A stretch of DNA of 64,000 nucleotides from an uncultured bacterium (lineage in GTDB: Bacteria; Margulisbacteria; Marinamargulisbacteria; SXXA01): contig CAIPHK010000032.1 of NCBI GenBank assembly GCA_903864835.1, forward strand, positions 3,230 to 67,229, given 5' to 3'. This document shows, piece by piece, positions 30,091 through 40,127 of the stretch (positions are counted from its first letter, which is position 1; every line of letters begins with the position of its first letter). Position numbers and translations under genes: made by a program. The notes below the pieces were generated by a model, which was not told where the DNA came from, ran no database searches, and saw nothing but the letters and a program-made list of their open reading frames with translations.

Positions 30091-31328
30091 TATTCAAAGA
30101 CGATGCCAACAGGCAGGACAAAAACCATGGCGAGAAAAATTCGCCATTGGGATACCGAGAGTATTAGGGATGATTCCATTTCCTCGTGAACATCCGGTCC
30201 ATTAATCAGCGATTCGCCCGCGAGAAACCGAACAATATTAAGGGATAACATCCGATTGCCAGGGGTAGAAATTATGTCATTCGACACCCAGTCCACGTCG
30301 CCAAATACGATGACGCCGCCTTCACCATAGCTAGCGATCGCGCCAACTACATTCCCGCCCGACGTCGTGAGTAGAGGGACCTTCGATTTTGCGTTCTTAA
30401 TATCAACCGCGACGGCAACGGGCGTCATCACCACAAGTTCTTGGGTGACAAGCGGGGTGGTCATGGGGGTGGGTTGCAAAATGGGGAGCAAGATCGATGG
30501 GCTTTTAAAATAGGACGATCGTGGATCTGATATCACCTGGCTGCCCAATGTGATGCCCATCGGCTTCAGAAACGGATTCAGGGCTGCGTCTGATCCAAAA
30601 TCACCAAAGACAATGCACCTCCCCCCGCTGTGAATAAATCGAAGTAGCTGGGTCCGCTCCGTTTCACCCAGTTCATAAGTTGGCGCTGCAATGACAACAA
30701 TACTATGCGATGGAATATCACCGGAGCGCGTGCCATTTATGGGACGAACGGTCCATCCGTCATATTCTAAAATACGACTCCAACGAAATAGCGAGCGAGT
30801 GGCCGCTGACTCGATGGATCGTTCGCCATGCCCGTTCATCACCAAAATAGGAATCGATCGTTGCTCCGTCAAAAATCGAATAGACGATATTAGTGCTCGT
30901 TCCCCGACAAAGCCGGTGTGCCCCAAATTGGTAGGTACAAATAGGTCTGAATAATATAGATATCGGTATCGGGATCCAATTTTGATTAGAACGGTTCCGT
31001 ATTCATTCACTCGATCTTGAGCGGCTATTTCAGGGGAGGCATCCATATCTACAACTTTGTAGGATAGGTGTTTCGCCGACCGGCGCATTTGCTCCAAGAG
31101 CCGGCGCATTCTTATTTCGTCATCGGTTCCTTCCTGAAGATAGGCATGTATCACGATGGGACCGTCAATTTGGGTCAAAAATCGATGGTTATCAGATTGC
31201 AATGTGTTGATCAAATTGTGGGTCAAATCAAATTGGGGCATTCGTCGGCCAAGGGTAGCATTGAGCAAAATCCCGACGATTACCACCCCTAAAATTGCGA
31301 CCCACTGACGGGCGATTTTTAGTCTCAT
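30060..31328 (-). CDS. GldG-like ABC-transporter auxiliary component.
   Basis: N- and C-terminal TM anchors flank a large periplasmic domain. The gene sits in an operon with an ABC-2 permease and an ATPase. Confidence 0.5.
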   Translation of the reverse strand: MRLKIARQWVAILGVVIVGILLNATLGRRMPQFDLTHNLINTLQSDNHRFLTQIDGPIVIHAYLQEGTDDEIRMRRLLEQMRRSAKHLSYKVVDMDASPEIAAQDRVNEYGTVLIKIGSRYRYLYYSDLFVPTNLGHTGFVGERALISSIRFLTEQRSIPILVMNGHGERSIESAATRSLFRWSRILEYDGWTVRPINGTRSGDIPSHSIVVIAAPTYELGETERTQLLRFIHSGGRCIVFGDFGSDAALNPFLKPMGITLGSQVISDPRSSYFKSPSILLPILQPTPMTTPLVTQELVVMTPVAVAVDIKNAKSKVPLLTTSGGNVVGAIASYGEGGVIVFGDVDWVSNDIISTPGNRMLSLNIVRFLAGESLINGPDVHEEMESSLILSVSQWRIFLAMVFVLPVGIVFEYWRRRWSLRR

Positions 31329-32050
31329 TCCAATCGTCTCGCGTTGAGAATAATAATCGTCATCCCAATAAATACAATCGTCAGAACAACAAAATAGAGA
31401 ATATCGGACCCGACGACGACGCCCTGCTCAAATCCGTACGTATGATGGACCACGGATGTTTCCCTCAATAGCTCCGAAAATCGACCACTGGTCAATACAG
31501 ACAATGGAGCCAAAAGCCATAGACACAATATAACGCCAAGCGATACCAGCGAACTGCCAATCGCCCCCCTCCCGATCACAGCGGCCCAGATACCAATCGC
31601 TGCGAAGGCGGATCCCATCGCAATCCATCCCAGATATGCTGTCACAATTTTTCCAAGGTCCGGATTCCCAAACCACCCCACCGCAACCACAATTCCAAGT
31701 GTAGCCGCAAGAACCAACGTCGTGGCAACCATTCCGGATATCCATCGTGCAATAACCCATATCGACGTCGGCATCGATGATGCAAAAACGACCTCTTCTA
31801 ATCCAATTTGGCGATCATCAATAATTGGCTTTGATGCCAAGGCGGGAACCAAGATCATCAGAATAAATCCAATAATGGCTTCCATAATTGAAAGTGCATC
31901 GGATTGATGGGTGGCATTGACAATCAAACAAAAAATTAAGCCAACAATTGCGGATATCCCCGAAGTGGCAACCCATAAAACGGGAGACCGTGTCATCGAT
32001 ATCCAGTCCCTGAATACGATTGCTTGAATCGTTCGCCTGGGGTGAATCAT
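31325..32050 (-). CDS. ABC-2 type transporter permease (GldF-like).
   Basis: A 241-aa polytopic membrane protein downstream of the ABC ATPase. Confidence 0.6.
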   Translation of the reverse strand: MIHPRRTIQAIVFRDWISMTRSPVLWVATSGISAIVGLIFCLIVNATHQSDALSIMEAIIGFILMILVPALASKPIIDDRQIGLEEVVFASSMPTSIWVIARWISGMVATTLVLAATLGIVVAVGWFGNPDLGKIVTAYLGWIAMGSAFAAIGIWAAVIGRGAIGSSLVSLGVILCLWLLAPLSVLTSGRFSELLRETSVVHHTYGFEQGVVVGSDILYFVVLTIVFIGMTIIILNARRLE

Positions 32051-32733
32051 CGGCGTCCGACCACTGTGAGATAGTCGGCTTCTAGCTTGGCAGTAACGTC
32101 CCCCATGGACTGAATTTTTCCGCCTCCCATAATAATATATCGAGAGGCCACCTGAGCCAGCTCCGATATATGGTGGGACGACACGACGATGACTCGATCC
32201 GAGATCGCCGATGCCAAATAATGACGAAGGCGTACCACCTGCTCTGGGTCCAATCCTTGAGTCGGCTCATCGAGCAAAATAATATCGGCATTAGATAAAA
32301 ATGCTTGTGCGACAGACACTCGTTGCCGAAATCCATGAGACAGAAGGCCGCAGCGGGTCGTTTGGACCTCTGATAAGCTCATAGCGTCGATAAGGTCCTT
32401 CACTCCATTCTCTTGGGAGGGCGCCCCTTTTATTTCAGCTATAAAATGGAGGTATTCCAGAACCGTCATCTCAGGAACCACTGGCGACCGATCGGGTGAA
32501 TATCCGATGAGGCGATACCAGTCACGACCCATCGACGCCATAGAATTTCCATCCCACGCAATGGTTCCAATAGTGGGTGTCAAAATTCCGGCGAGTGTTC
32601 TTAACACGGTTGTCTTGCCAGCCCCATTGGGGCCGAGTAGTGCGATGAGAGTGCCTTTTTCCACCGAAAAGGATACGTCGTCGATAATTCGTCGATCTCC
32701 CATTGAAACGGAGACTGACTCAACGGTTAGCAT
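32047..32733 (-). CDS. ABC transporter ATP-binding protein (GldA-like).
   Basis: Walker A 'GPNGAGKTT', signature 'LSHGFRQR' and Walker B 'ILLDEPT'. Confidence 0.85.
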   Translation of the reverse strand: MLTVESVSVSMGDRRIIDDVSFSVEKGTLIALLGPNGAGKTTVLRTLAGILTPTIGTIAWDGNSMASMGRDWYRLIGYSPDRSPVVPEMTVLEYLHFIAEIKGAPSQENGVKDLIDAMSLSEVQTTRCGLLSHGFRQRVSVAQAFLSNADIILLDEPTQGLDPEQVVRLRHYLASAISDRVIVVSSHHISELAQVASRYIIMGGGKIQSMGDVTAKLEADYLTVVGRR

Positions 32734-34054
32734 CGACGCCCTTTGACCTTAGTTTAAATTCGGTAGTAATCGACTTTTTGGCGACCATTTCTTCTTTATT
32801 AATATCGATAATTAATTCGTTGCACCGCAGGATATCCTTATTTTCTTTTTCAAATGACACTGCGCCAATGAGATGAATCAACCCATCCGAATCTTCAAAT
32901 TCCAACTTTTGAGAAAATGACTTTTGCCCTTCTTGGTACACTTGTACATTTCCCAATATCCGTCCTCGTTTTGGACCGCCTTCAAATACCGCCTTGTTGC
33001 CCAAAATTTTTATCGGTTGATTGACCGCTTTTCGGATATCTTCGTTTTTGATCGGTTTTTTTCGCAATAATGCCCAACGGAGTTGATTAGACTTGAGGAC
33101 GACATTATTCTCAAAAGTTAATACATCCGACGTTCGATCATAGATTAGGCGTTCTGACTCCGCCGATTTGTCAGGCTGGGTAATGATGACTGACCCTGTC
33201 AATTCGACGAGATCCTCGCCATTCTTACTGCTGAAACGCATGGTTCCTGCAGAAAAATGGGTGGGGAGTCGTCGCAACGCGTTCTCTCGGGAATCCAGCT
33301 CAGGATCATCCGTCGGCGACACGGGCCGATAGCCGTGAATTCCGTCGGGAACCATTGAATACTCTTCGTCAATATAAATGGTCATTGTATTTCCGGTAAT
33401 CACCATCTGATCGACGTAGATTGTAAATCCATCTTTGATGTAAGCGATGTTTTCGGCGTTATCAACCTCGACCCCATTTTTGGGGACAATCCGATGTCTT
33501 CCTTGAATTATAGAAACACTACCGGATAAAAAGGTTCGTTTTGAGGTGCCGTAATACCGAAGTTCATCCGCCTCAATTTTAACACTCCGAGGTCGAGATT
33601 CTGCGGCAATCAGCCCATGTTTCGGAGTGACACTTCTAAATCCGAGATCGGCGGATACGTGGGTCATCACCATAATTTTTGATCGGATGTTGACGTCCCC
33701 AGAGTCGGCTCGGATGTTCTGGATCACGACATTGCCATTTTCATCAAACAACTGGCCACCAAAAAGTCCCTCCAACTTAAAAGCGGTTTTATTGCCCTGT
33801 GTCCAAATTTTTTTCGCCCTAATAAGCCATGAAAGAGTATTGTGATTATATCCTCTGAAGGAAGAATCAAAAATTTCGATGTCGTGATGTTGGGGGCCAA
33901 TGACCCAGTCTTTCACCCAGGATGAGGCGGCGGTTCGCCAAACAACCACTGCTAAAAGGATCACAGCGATCCATTTCAAATTACGAATAACGGGTCTCGA
34001 CGTACAGTGACGACACCAGGTCAGAGCAGTTTTAAGAAACGGATACATCTTCAA
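32720..34054 (-). CDS. LptC/OstA(LptA)-like periplasmic beta-jellyroll protein, membrane-anchored.
   Basis: N-terminal TM anchor and a long beta-rich sequence with OstA-like repeats. Assignment is tentative. Confidence 0.4.
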   Translation of the reverse strand: MKMYPFLKTALTWCRHCTSRPVIRNLKWIAVILLAVVVWRTAASSWVKDWVIGPQHHDIEIFDSSFRGYNHNTLSWLIRAKKIWTQGNKTAFKLEGLFGGQLFDENGNVVIQNIRADSGDVNIRSKIMVMTHVSADLGFRSVTPKHGLIAAESRPRSVKIEADELRYYGTSKRTFLSGSVSIIQGRHRIVPKNGVEVDNAENIAYIKDGFTIYVDQMVITGNTMTIYIDEEYSMVPDGIHGYRPVSPTDDPELDSRENALRRLPTHFSAGTMRFSSKNGEDLVELTGSVIITQPDKSAESERLIYDRTSDVLTFENNVVLKSNQLRWALLRKKPIKNEDIRKAVNQPIKILGNKAVFEGGPKRGRILGNVQVYQEGQKSFSQKLEFEDSDGLIHLIGAVSFEKENKDILRCNELIIDINKEEMVAKKSITTEFKLRSKGVDANR

Positions 34055-34067
34055 ATATTACAAGGAA

Positions 34068-35267
34068 GTGACCCAAATTACTAAACAAGTGCTAAACTTC
34101 CCATCGATCATGACGCCACAAACCAACTTGCTTACACTTCCTATTTCTGAACTCAATCTATTCCTTCGCGACTGGATCGACTCGTGCCCCCCATTGAATG
34201 ATATTTGGGTCATTGGTGAAATCGGGAACTATCGCCGGCAGGCGGGAAGTCAACGATATTTCACTCTCTCAGAGGGCGACTCCAGCATTCAATGTGTCAT
34301 TTTTGACGCGGAAGATCCCCGCCATGACGGACCGTATAAGGATGGCGTCGCGGTTCTTGCCCGTGGCCGAGTTCGATACTTCAATCGACGAGGCACACTT
34401 CAATTTCAGATCAACTACATGATGCCCAAAGGAACCGGGTCCATTGCCCAAAATTTAGAAATCTTGAAACAACGACTGGCAATCGAAGGGCTATTTGATG
34501 GCGACAAAAAACGCCCAATTCCTCCTTACCCTCAGAAACTGGCGCTCATTACGGCTGCGGATTCGGCGGCCTCTGCCGATGTGATTAAGTTGTTATGCCA
34601 GCATGCACCCGCTATAGAAGTGATTGTTATTGAAACCGTGATGCAAGGCATGGCGTGTGTCTCAAGCGTCGAAAATGCGCTTGCAATGGCCTCAACACTA
34701 TCGGGTATTGAGTTGATTCTTATCAGCCGAGGGGGTGGGTCAGCCGAGGATCTCCTGCCATTTAGCGACGAACGGCTTGTTCGCCTAATTTGCCAAATGC
34801 CACTTCCTATTGTTACCGCAATTGGACATGAAATCGATTCGACACTCGCTGATCTGGCGGCGGACGCGACCTATCCAACCCCAAGCGCGGCGGCATTGGC
34901 CTTGTCGTATCGGTACCAACAGCTCCCCCACTTTATTGCAGGTATTGTGGGTGATGCAGATCGATTGCTCGATGGACAGATCGCTCAATGGCAGGAATTT
35001 GTAACGGCGTGTATTGATGTCTCTACAACAGAAATTGACCGTATTGAATCCAATCTTGGTCTGCTTACGCAAGGTATTTTTAGAGAAATGGAATTACTGT
35101 CTCCCTTGCGCAAATTAACTCAAGGTTTTAGTATTACCCGCGTTAAAAATGGGTCGGCGATCCGGTCCATCAACGAGATATCACCGGGGGACACAGTGTC
35201 TATCACACTATCCGACGGTGACGTTATAAGTACGGTAAATCATATAACCTCGCATGCCACGCACTAA
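34068..35267 (+). CDS. xseA: Exodeoxyribonuclease VII large subunit.
   Basis: OB-fold N-terminus and an ExoVII large-subunit core. It is followed by xseB. Confidence 0.85.
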   Translation: MTQITKQVLNFPSIMTPQTNLLTLPISELNLFLRDWIDSCPPLNDIWVIGEIGNYRRQAGSQRYFTLSEGDSSIQCVIFDAEDPRHDGPYKDGVAVLARGRVRYFNRRGTLQFQINYMMPKGTGSIAQNLEILKQRLAIEGLFDGDKKRPIPPYPQKLALITAADSAASADVIKLLCQHAPAIEVIVIETVMQGMACVSSVENALAMASTLSGIELILISRGGGSAEDLLPFSDERLVRLICQMPLPIVTAIGHEIDSTLADLAADATYPTPSAAALALSYRYQQLPHFIAGIVGDADRLLDGQIAQWQEFVTACIDVSTTEIDRIESNLGLLTQGIFREMELLSPLRKLTQGFSITRVKNGSAIRSINEISPGDTVSITLSDGDVISTVNHITSHATH

Positions 35268-35493
35268 ACCCCATTCCATTAACGATCAGGTTACCGAACT
35301 CCAAAAAAGCATCTCTTTTCTGGAATCCACATCCGATATCGACGCCGCAATTTCGCATTATGAAATTGCCATGAAAATGGCTTATTCATTAAGTCTGGCA
35401 ATTGATGAACGTAAACAAAAAATAAAGATAATCAAACAATCCTATCCTTCGCTTCTAAAAATCAACGATGACACATCCACAAACCACGACTAA
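35254..35493 (+). CDS. xseB: Exodeoxyribonuclease VII small subunit.
   Basis: A 79-aa helical protein that overlaps the xseA 3' end. Confidence 0.65.
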   Translation: MPRTKPHSINDQVTELQKSISFLESTSDIDAAISHYEIAMKMAYSLSLAIDERKQKIKIIKQSYPSLLKINDDTSTNHD

Positions 35494-36382
35494 ATTTACA
35501 GAATTCTCGGAGCTGTTTCGGCCGATCATCAATCAAAAAATGGCGGAATATATCCGGTTTGGCACTCTCGATCAACGGAAAATTCTAGAGGATGCAATGC
35601 AATATTCAGTGGCAGCAGGCGGAAAGCGACTGCGGCCACTCTTGGTGCTTGCGACCCATCAGCTTTTTTCTGACCAGATGGAGACGGTCTATCCGTTGGC
35701 CTGCGCCATTGAGTTACTTCACACCTATTCTTTGATCCATGATGACTTGCCCTCCATGGACAATGATTCCTTACGCAGGGGGATGCCCACTTGCCATGTC
35801 AAATTTGGAGAGGATATTGCGATCCTAGCCGGAGATACTCTCAATACGTTTTCGTTTGAATTATTGTCGACTCAGCTGGCTGACTTCTTCCCGGCCGAAG
35901 CTGTTCTCAAAGTTATTCGTGAATTTTCTCGGGCATGCGGAATCCATGGGATGTCAGGCGGCCAGGTTTTAGATTTGAGGGGTGTGGGACTCGAGGCAGA
36001 TCCAGAGTATCTTTTTCAGACCCATGCGTTAAAAACAGGTGCTTTAATTTCGGCGTCGATCTCCCTCCCCGCGGTATTGGGCGGCGTAGATACGAAGGAA
36101 TTAGCGATTCTGACCCGGTTTGGAGATCAAATCGGACAATTATTCCAAATTGTAGATGACATTCTGGATGTCGTTGGCAATCAAGAGGCGCTCGGCAAAA
36201 GCATCAATAAAGACCATGAACAAAACAAATTGACCTATATTCGAGTATTTGGCTTGGATAGATCCCTTGAAATGATGAGGAATCAGGCACACAATGCCCG
36301 TCAAACCCTTGAGGAACTTAGCTTGCCAAAATTCTCTGTTCTCTACTCCGTTGTTGATTATATAGAAACTAGAACCACTTAA
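35468..36382 (+). CDS. ispA: Polyprenyl (farnesyl/geranylgeranyl) diphosphate synthase.
   Basis: FARM motif 'LIHDDLPSMDNDSLRRG' and SARM motif 'IVDDILDV'. Confidence 0.8.
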   Translation: MTHPQTTTKFTEFSELFRPIINQKMAEYIRFGTLDQRKILEDAMQYSVAAGGKRLRPLLVLATHQLFSDQMETVYPLACAIELLHTYSLIHDDLPSMDNDSLRRGMPTCHVKFGEDIAILAGDTLNTFSFELLSTQLADFFPAEAVLKVIREFSRACGIHGMSGGQVLDLRGVGLEADPEYLFQTHALKTGALISASISLPAVLGGVDTKELAILTRFGDQIGQLFQIVDDILDVVGNQEALGKSINKDHEQNKLTYIRVFGLDRSLEMMRNQAHNARQTLEELSLPKFSVLYSVVDYIETRTT

Positions 36383-36383
36383 T

Positions 36384-36851
36384 ATGCACTCCCTACTTAC
36401 CTTGCTGTCTGTCTTTTATCCTCTTTTTTCAGGCCTCCTTGGAATGTTCTCGGCTCAAGGATTAAAAATGGCAATATGCTGCATCAAAAATCGAAATATT
36501 GATTTCTCTCCATTCACCAATGCGGGCGGAATGCCGTCGTCTCACACGGCAATGGTGACGGCACTCAGTTGCTCACTTGGGTTTCAAGAAGGATGGAATT
36601 CTCCCGCCTTTGCAATTTCAGTTATTTTTTCGTTAATTGTCTTGTATGACGCGGCCGGTATTCGATACGCCGCTGGGAAACAAGCCTATGTACTTAATAA
36701 AATTCAGGAAATTCTTTTGGAAAGGGGCCAGCTTGATTCACTAAAGTTAAAGGAAACCTTAGGTCATACTAAGCAGGAAATCACGGTTGGAGTTTTACTT
36801 GGCATCGCTGTATCATTTGGATTGCAGTATCTGATTGCGAGCGGATTATGA
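36384..36851 (+). CDS. Divergent PAP2 / acid-phosphatase-vanadium-haloperoxidase-related membrane protein (DUF212 family).
   Basis: 'GGMPSSHTAMVTAL' motif in a small membrane protein. Confidence 0.55.
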   Translation: MHSLLTLLSVFYPLFSGLLGMFSAQGLKMAICCIKNRNIDFSPFTNAGGMPSSHTAMVTALSCSLGFQEGWNSPAFAISVIFSLIVLYDAAGIRYAAGKQAYVLNKIQEILLERGQLDSLKLKETLGHTKQEITVGVLLGIAVSFGLQYLIASGL

Positions 36852-38746
36852 CTACCCCTACCCATTTTTTAGACCATCTCGAATTCCCGGAAGCCCTCAA
36901 GGAGATGTCTCAATCTGACCTTGAATTGCTTGCATTTGAAATCAGGACACGCTTAATTGAAATAAGCAAAGTATGTGGCGGACATCTTGCGTCTAATTTA
37001 GGCGTTGTTGAACTCACACTCGCACTTCATACGCTATTTGATAGCCCCACAGACCGATTTGTATTTGACACCTCTCATCAGACCTACGTTCATAAAATGT
37101 TGACGGGTCGTCTTCAGCAAATGTTTACGATTCGCCAAGACAACGGCTTGGCCGGATTTGCAAAAATCGCCGAAAGTCCTCATGACGCATTTGGTGCGGG
37201 TCATGCATCTACTGCAATTTCCGCAGCGCTTGGGATGGCCCACGCCCGAGACATTAAAGGCGAAAGCTATAGCGTGGTATCTATCTTCGGTGATGCATCG
37301 CTTTCAGGCGGAATGACATTTGAAGCATTGAATAATGTTGAAAAATTAAAATCAAATTTTATTTGTATATTGAATGATAACGACATGTCGATTTCCCATC
37401 CGGTCGGAAATATGGCGGATTATATGACTAAGATTCGAACCTCCGACACATATAATTTAGCGAAGGAAAAATTTGAACAAATTTTTAGTCGCATCCCAAG
37501 AATTGGGGTTCCGTTAACACGCCGAATTGAAATCGCGGTAGAACGCCTTCGTAGTATTATTATCGATGAAAAAATTGGCGTGCTGTTTGAGGAATTTGGA
37601 TTCAAATATCTTGGACCGATTGATGGCCATAATATTTCGATGTTGATGGGGGCCTTGAGATACGCAAAAACTTATCCCGGTCCGATTATGCTCCATATTA
37701 TTACGACTAAGGGTAAAGGGCTTGCCGAGGCGGAAGCGGATCCCGTCAACTATCATGGGGTGTCCCCACAAAAGGCCGCAACGGCGGTGCCTGTTCCCAA
37801 ACCCGTAACGTTCACCCATATTTTTGGCGATGAAGCCATAAATATTGCCCGAGACCATACCGACGTTGTCGTGATTACTCCCGCGATGAAGAGCGGAAGT
37901 GGGCTCGTCAAATACGCAGAACTATTCCCAGATCGGTTTTTTGACGTGGGTATCGCCGAGGAGCATTCGGTGACGTTTGCAGCAGGGCTCGCTAGAGCAG
38001 GAATACGGCCCATTTTAGCGATTTATTCAACATTTTTGCAGCGCGGATATGACCAGGTTATTCATGATGTGTGTATTCAGAAGCTGCCAGTTACCTTTGC
38101 GTTGGATCGTGCCGGACTGGTTGGAGAAGATGGTCCCACTCATCATGGGGTGTTTGATATGGCCTACCTTCTTTCAATTCCTCATATCTCAATTTTGGCG
38201 CCCAAAGATGGCCACGAACTTCGGGCGATGATGCGATGGTCGGTGATTCAACCTGAGGCGGTCGCCTATAGGTATTCTAAAGATGCGATTCCAGCAGAAG
38301 ACGGGAGTATTTTTAGCCCTGTCGAAACAGGAGTTTCGGAAATATTGATCCCCCCCTCCTCCGCTGGAACTGATGACGTCGCAATTATTGCGATTGGCTC
38401 TATGGTGTGGACGGCATTCCGGGCGGCAAAGTCTTTACCCGAGTTTCGGATATCTGTGACTAACCTTCGATTTATTAAACCCTTGGATCATGAGGGTATT
38501 GAGCGCATCACTCGCAATGCACGCCATGTCTTAGTCGTTGAAGAAGGCTGTGCTATCGGTGGCGTATTTTCTTATATTATCCATCAACTTCGCCCGACCC
38601 GCTTGGCGGATTGGCATAGCATTGCCGTCCCTGACGAGTTTATCGAACACGGCAAGTTATCGACGCTTCGGTCGGCGATCGGATTGACTGAAAGCGGGAT
38701 TGTTCAAAAGGTTCGAGAGATTGTTCAAGCCACTGTGGTGGTTTAG
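36848..38746 (+). CDS. dxs: 1-deoxy-D-xylulose-5-phosphate synthase.
   Basis: 'GGHLASNLGVVELTLALH' and 'DTSHQTYVHKMLTGR' in a transketolase-like domain. 632 aa. Confidence 0.9.
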   Translation: MTTPTHFLDHLEFPEALKEMSQSDLELLAFEIRTRLIEISKVCGGHLASNLGVVELTLALHTLFDSPTDRFVFDTSHQTYVHKMLTGRLQQMFTIRQDNGLAGFAKIAESPHDAFGAGHASTAISAALGMAHARDIKGESYSVVSIFGDASLSGGMTFEALNNVEKLKSNFICILNDNDMSISHPVGNMADYMTKIRTSDTYNLAKEKFEQIFSRIPRIGVPLTRRIEIAVERLRSIIIDEKIGVLFEEFGFKYLGPIDGHNISMLMGALRYAKTYPGPIMLHIITTKGKGLAEAEADPVNYHGVSPQKAATAVPVPKPVTFTHIFGDEAINIARDHTDVVVITPAMKSGSGLVKYAELFPDRFFDVGIAEEHSVTFAAGLARAGIRPILAIYSTFLQRGYDQVIHDVCIQKLPVTFALDRAGLVGEDGPTHHGVFDMAYLLSIPHISILAPKDGHELRAMMRWSVIQPEAVAYRYSKDAIPAEDGSIFSPVETGVSEILIPPSSAGTDDVAIIAIGSMVWTAFRAAKSLPEFRISVTNLRFIKPLDHEGIERITRNARHVLVVEEGCAIGGVFSYIIHQLRPTRLADWHSIAVPDEFIEHGKLSTLRSAIGLTESGIVQKVREIVQATVVV

Positions 38747-38748
38747 AA

Positions 38749-39699
38749 ATGCACAAGCGGTATTGGGATGAGTTGCCAAAACCCATCATTGGTCTTGCAC
38801 CCATGGAGGGATATTCTGATTCTCCATTTCGGCAAACCTGTAAACTGGTCAATCCCAGTCTGGTTACATATACCGAATTTACTTCGGCGGATGGAATTCA
38901 GTTCGGGGGATCTAAGCTTCGGGCTAAACTTCAATTTGCCGTATCAGAGCAACCCATTATCGCCCAGATATTCGGAAAAAAAGTAGAGACCTTCGTTAAT
39001 GCAGCCAAATTTTGTGAGGACATGGGATTCACCGGTATTGATATCAATATGGGGTGTCCGGCAAAAAAGGTAGTGAAGTCAGAGCATGGGGTTGCGCTTC
39101 GCCGAAATCTCTCACTTGCATTTCAGCTCATCGAAACCTTGGCGAACGCGACATCACTTCCAATCTCAGTCAAAACGCGGTTAGGATGGAACAATGCCGA
39201 CGATCTCGTCGATTTTGGTATCGGTGCAGAATCAGCCGGCGCAAATATGATTTGTATCCACGCGAGAACTTATAAAGAGCCGTATAATGTCCCCGCCCAG
39301 TTTGAGCCCGTCTACGAAATGCGGCAACGAGTATCCATTCCGGTCTTGGCAAATGGGGGGATTACCGGCATTGAGGATGGCTTGTCAAAATTAGGAAACC
39401 TCGACGGATTTTTGATCGGGCAAGCGAGTTTTGGAAACCCTTGGGTATTTGGATCCCCCCCCTCGACGTTTGGGGGGAAGATACCGGTGATACGCAATCA
39501 CGCGGCGTGGATGGTCGAGACCAAGGGTCCCAAACATGGGATATTGGAAATGCGAAAGCATCTGTTGCATTATGTAAAAGGATTTCCGGGTGCCAAAGAA
39601 TTTCGCTCGTCGATTTGTCACGTTTCGTCCCTTGAAGAAATCGACTCTGTTTTGAATCAAATTGCCGAATCCCTGTCCACGTCCCTTCAAGCCGCCTAA
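38749..39699 (+). CDS. dus: tRNA-dihydrouridine synthase.
   Basis: 'LAPMEGYSDSPFR' FMN-binding TIM-barrel Dus signature. Confidence 0.8.
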   Translation: MHKRYWDELPKPIIGLAPMEGYSDSPFRQTCKLVNPSLVTYTEFTSADGIQFGGSKLRAKLQFAVSEQPIIAQIFGKKVETFVNAAKFCEDMGFTGIDINMGCPAKKVVKSEHGVALRRNLSLAFQLIETLANATSLPISVKTRLGWNNADDLVDFGIGAESAGANMICIHARTYKEPYNVPAQFEPVYEMRQRVSIPVLANGGITGIEDGLSKLGNLDGFLIGQASFGNPWVFGSPPSTFGGKIPVIRNHAAWMVETKGPKHGILEMRKHLLHYVKGFPGAKEFRSSICHVSSLEEIDSVLNQIAESLSTSLQAA

Positions 39700-39716
39700 A
39701 CCCCAAAGGAGATATT

Positions 39717-40127
39717 ATGAACCTTCACGACGTCTTTGAATTGCAAAAACAATTAAATGAAAGAATTAATCCCACCCTCTATTCAGACATCGAAACGGAT
39801 CCTGAATTACGTCGTCGTCAATTTCTTCAATTCGAATTGGCACTCCGCCAAGAATCGTCGGAGGCCATTGATAGCCTCAATTGGAAGTGGTGGAAAAAAG
39901 ATGCCGATGACTGGGATAACGTGAAGGTTGAATTGATTGATATGCTCCATTTCTGGGTCAGCATGTGTACCATCGCCGGGCTATCTGCCGACGATGTTAT
40001 GGAACTGTATGCCAAGAAAAATAAGCTAAACCATCACCGTCAAGATTCGGGCTATGCCGAAGGAACTTACGATAAATACGCTTCCGGAAAAGAAGACAAT
40101 CGGACAGCGGTTCTGGGAGAAAAATAA
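39717..40127 (+). CDS. Dimeric dUTPase / MazG-like nucleotide pyrophosphohydrolase.
   Basis: An all-helical 136-aa protein. 'ELIDMLHFWVSM' matches the dimeric dUTPase family pattern. Its stop overlaps the ispH start. Confidence 0.5.
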   Translation: MNLHDVFELQKQLNERINPTLYSDIETDPELRRRQFLQFELALRQESSEAIDSLNWKWWKKDADDWDNVKVELIDMLHFWVSMCTIAGLSADDVMELYAKKNKLNHHRQDSGYAEGTYDKYASGKEDNRTAVLGEK

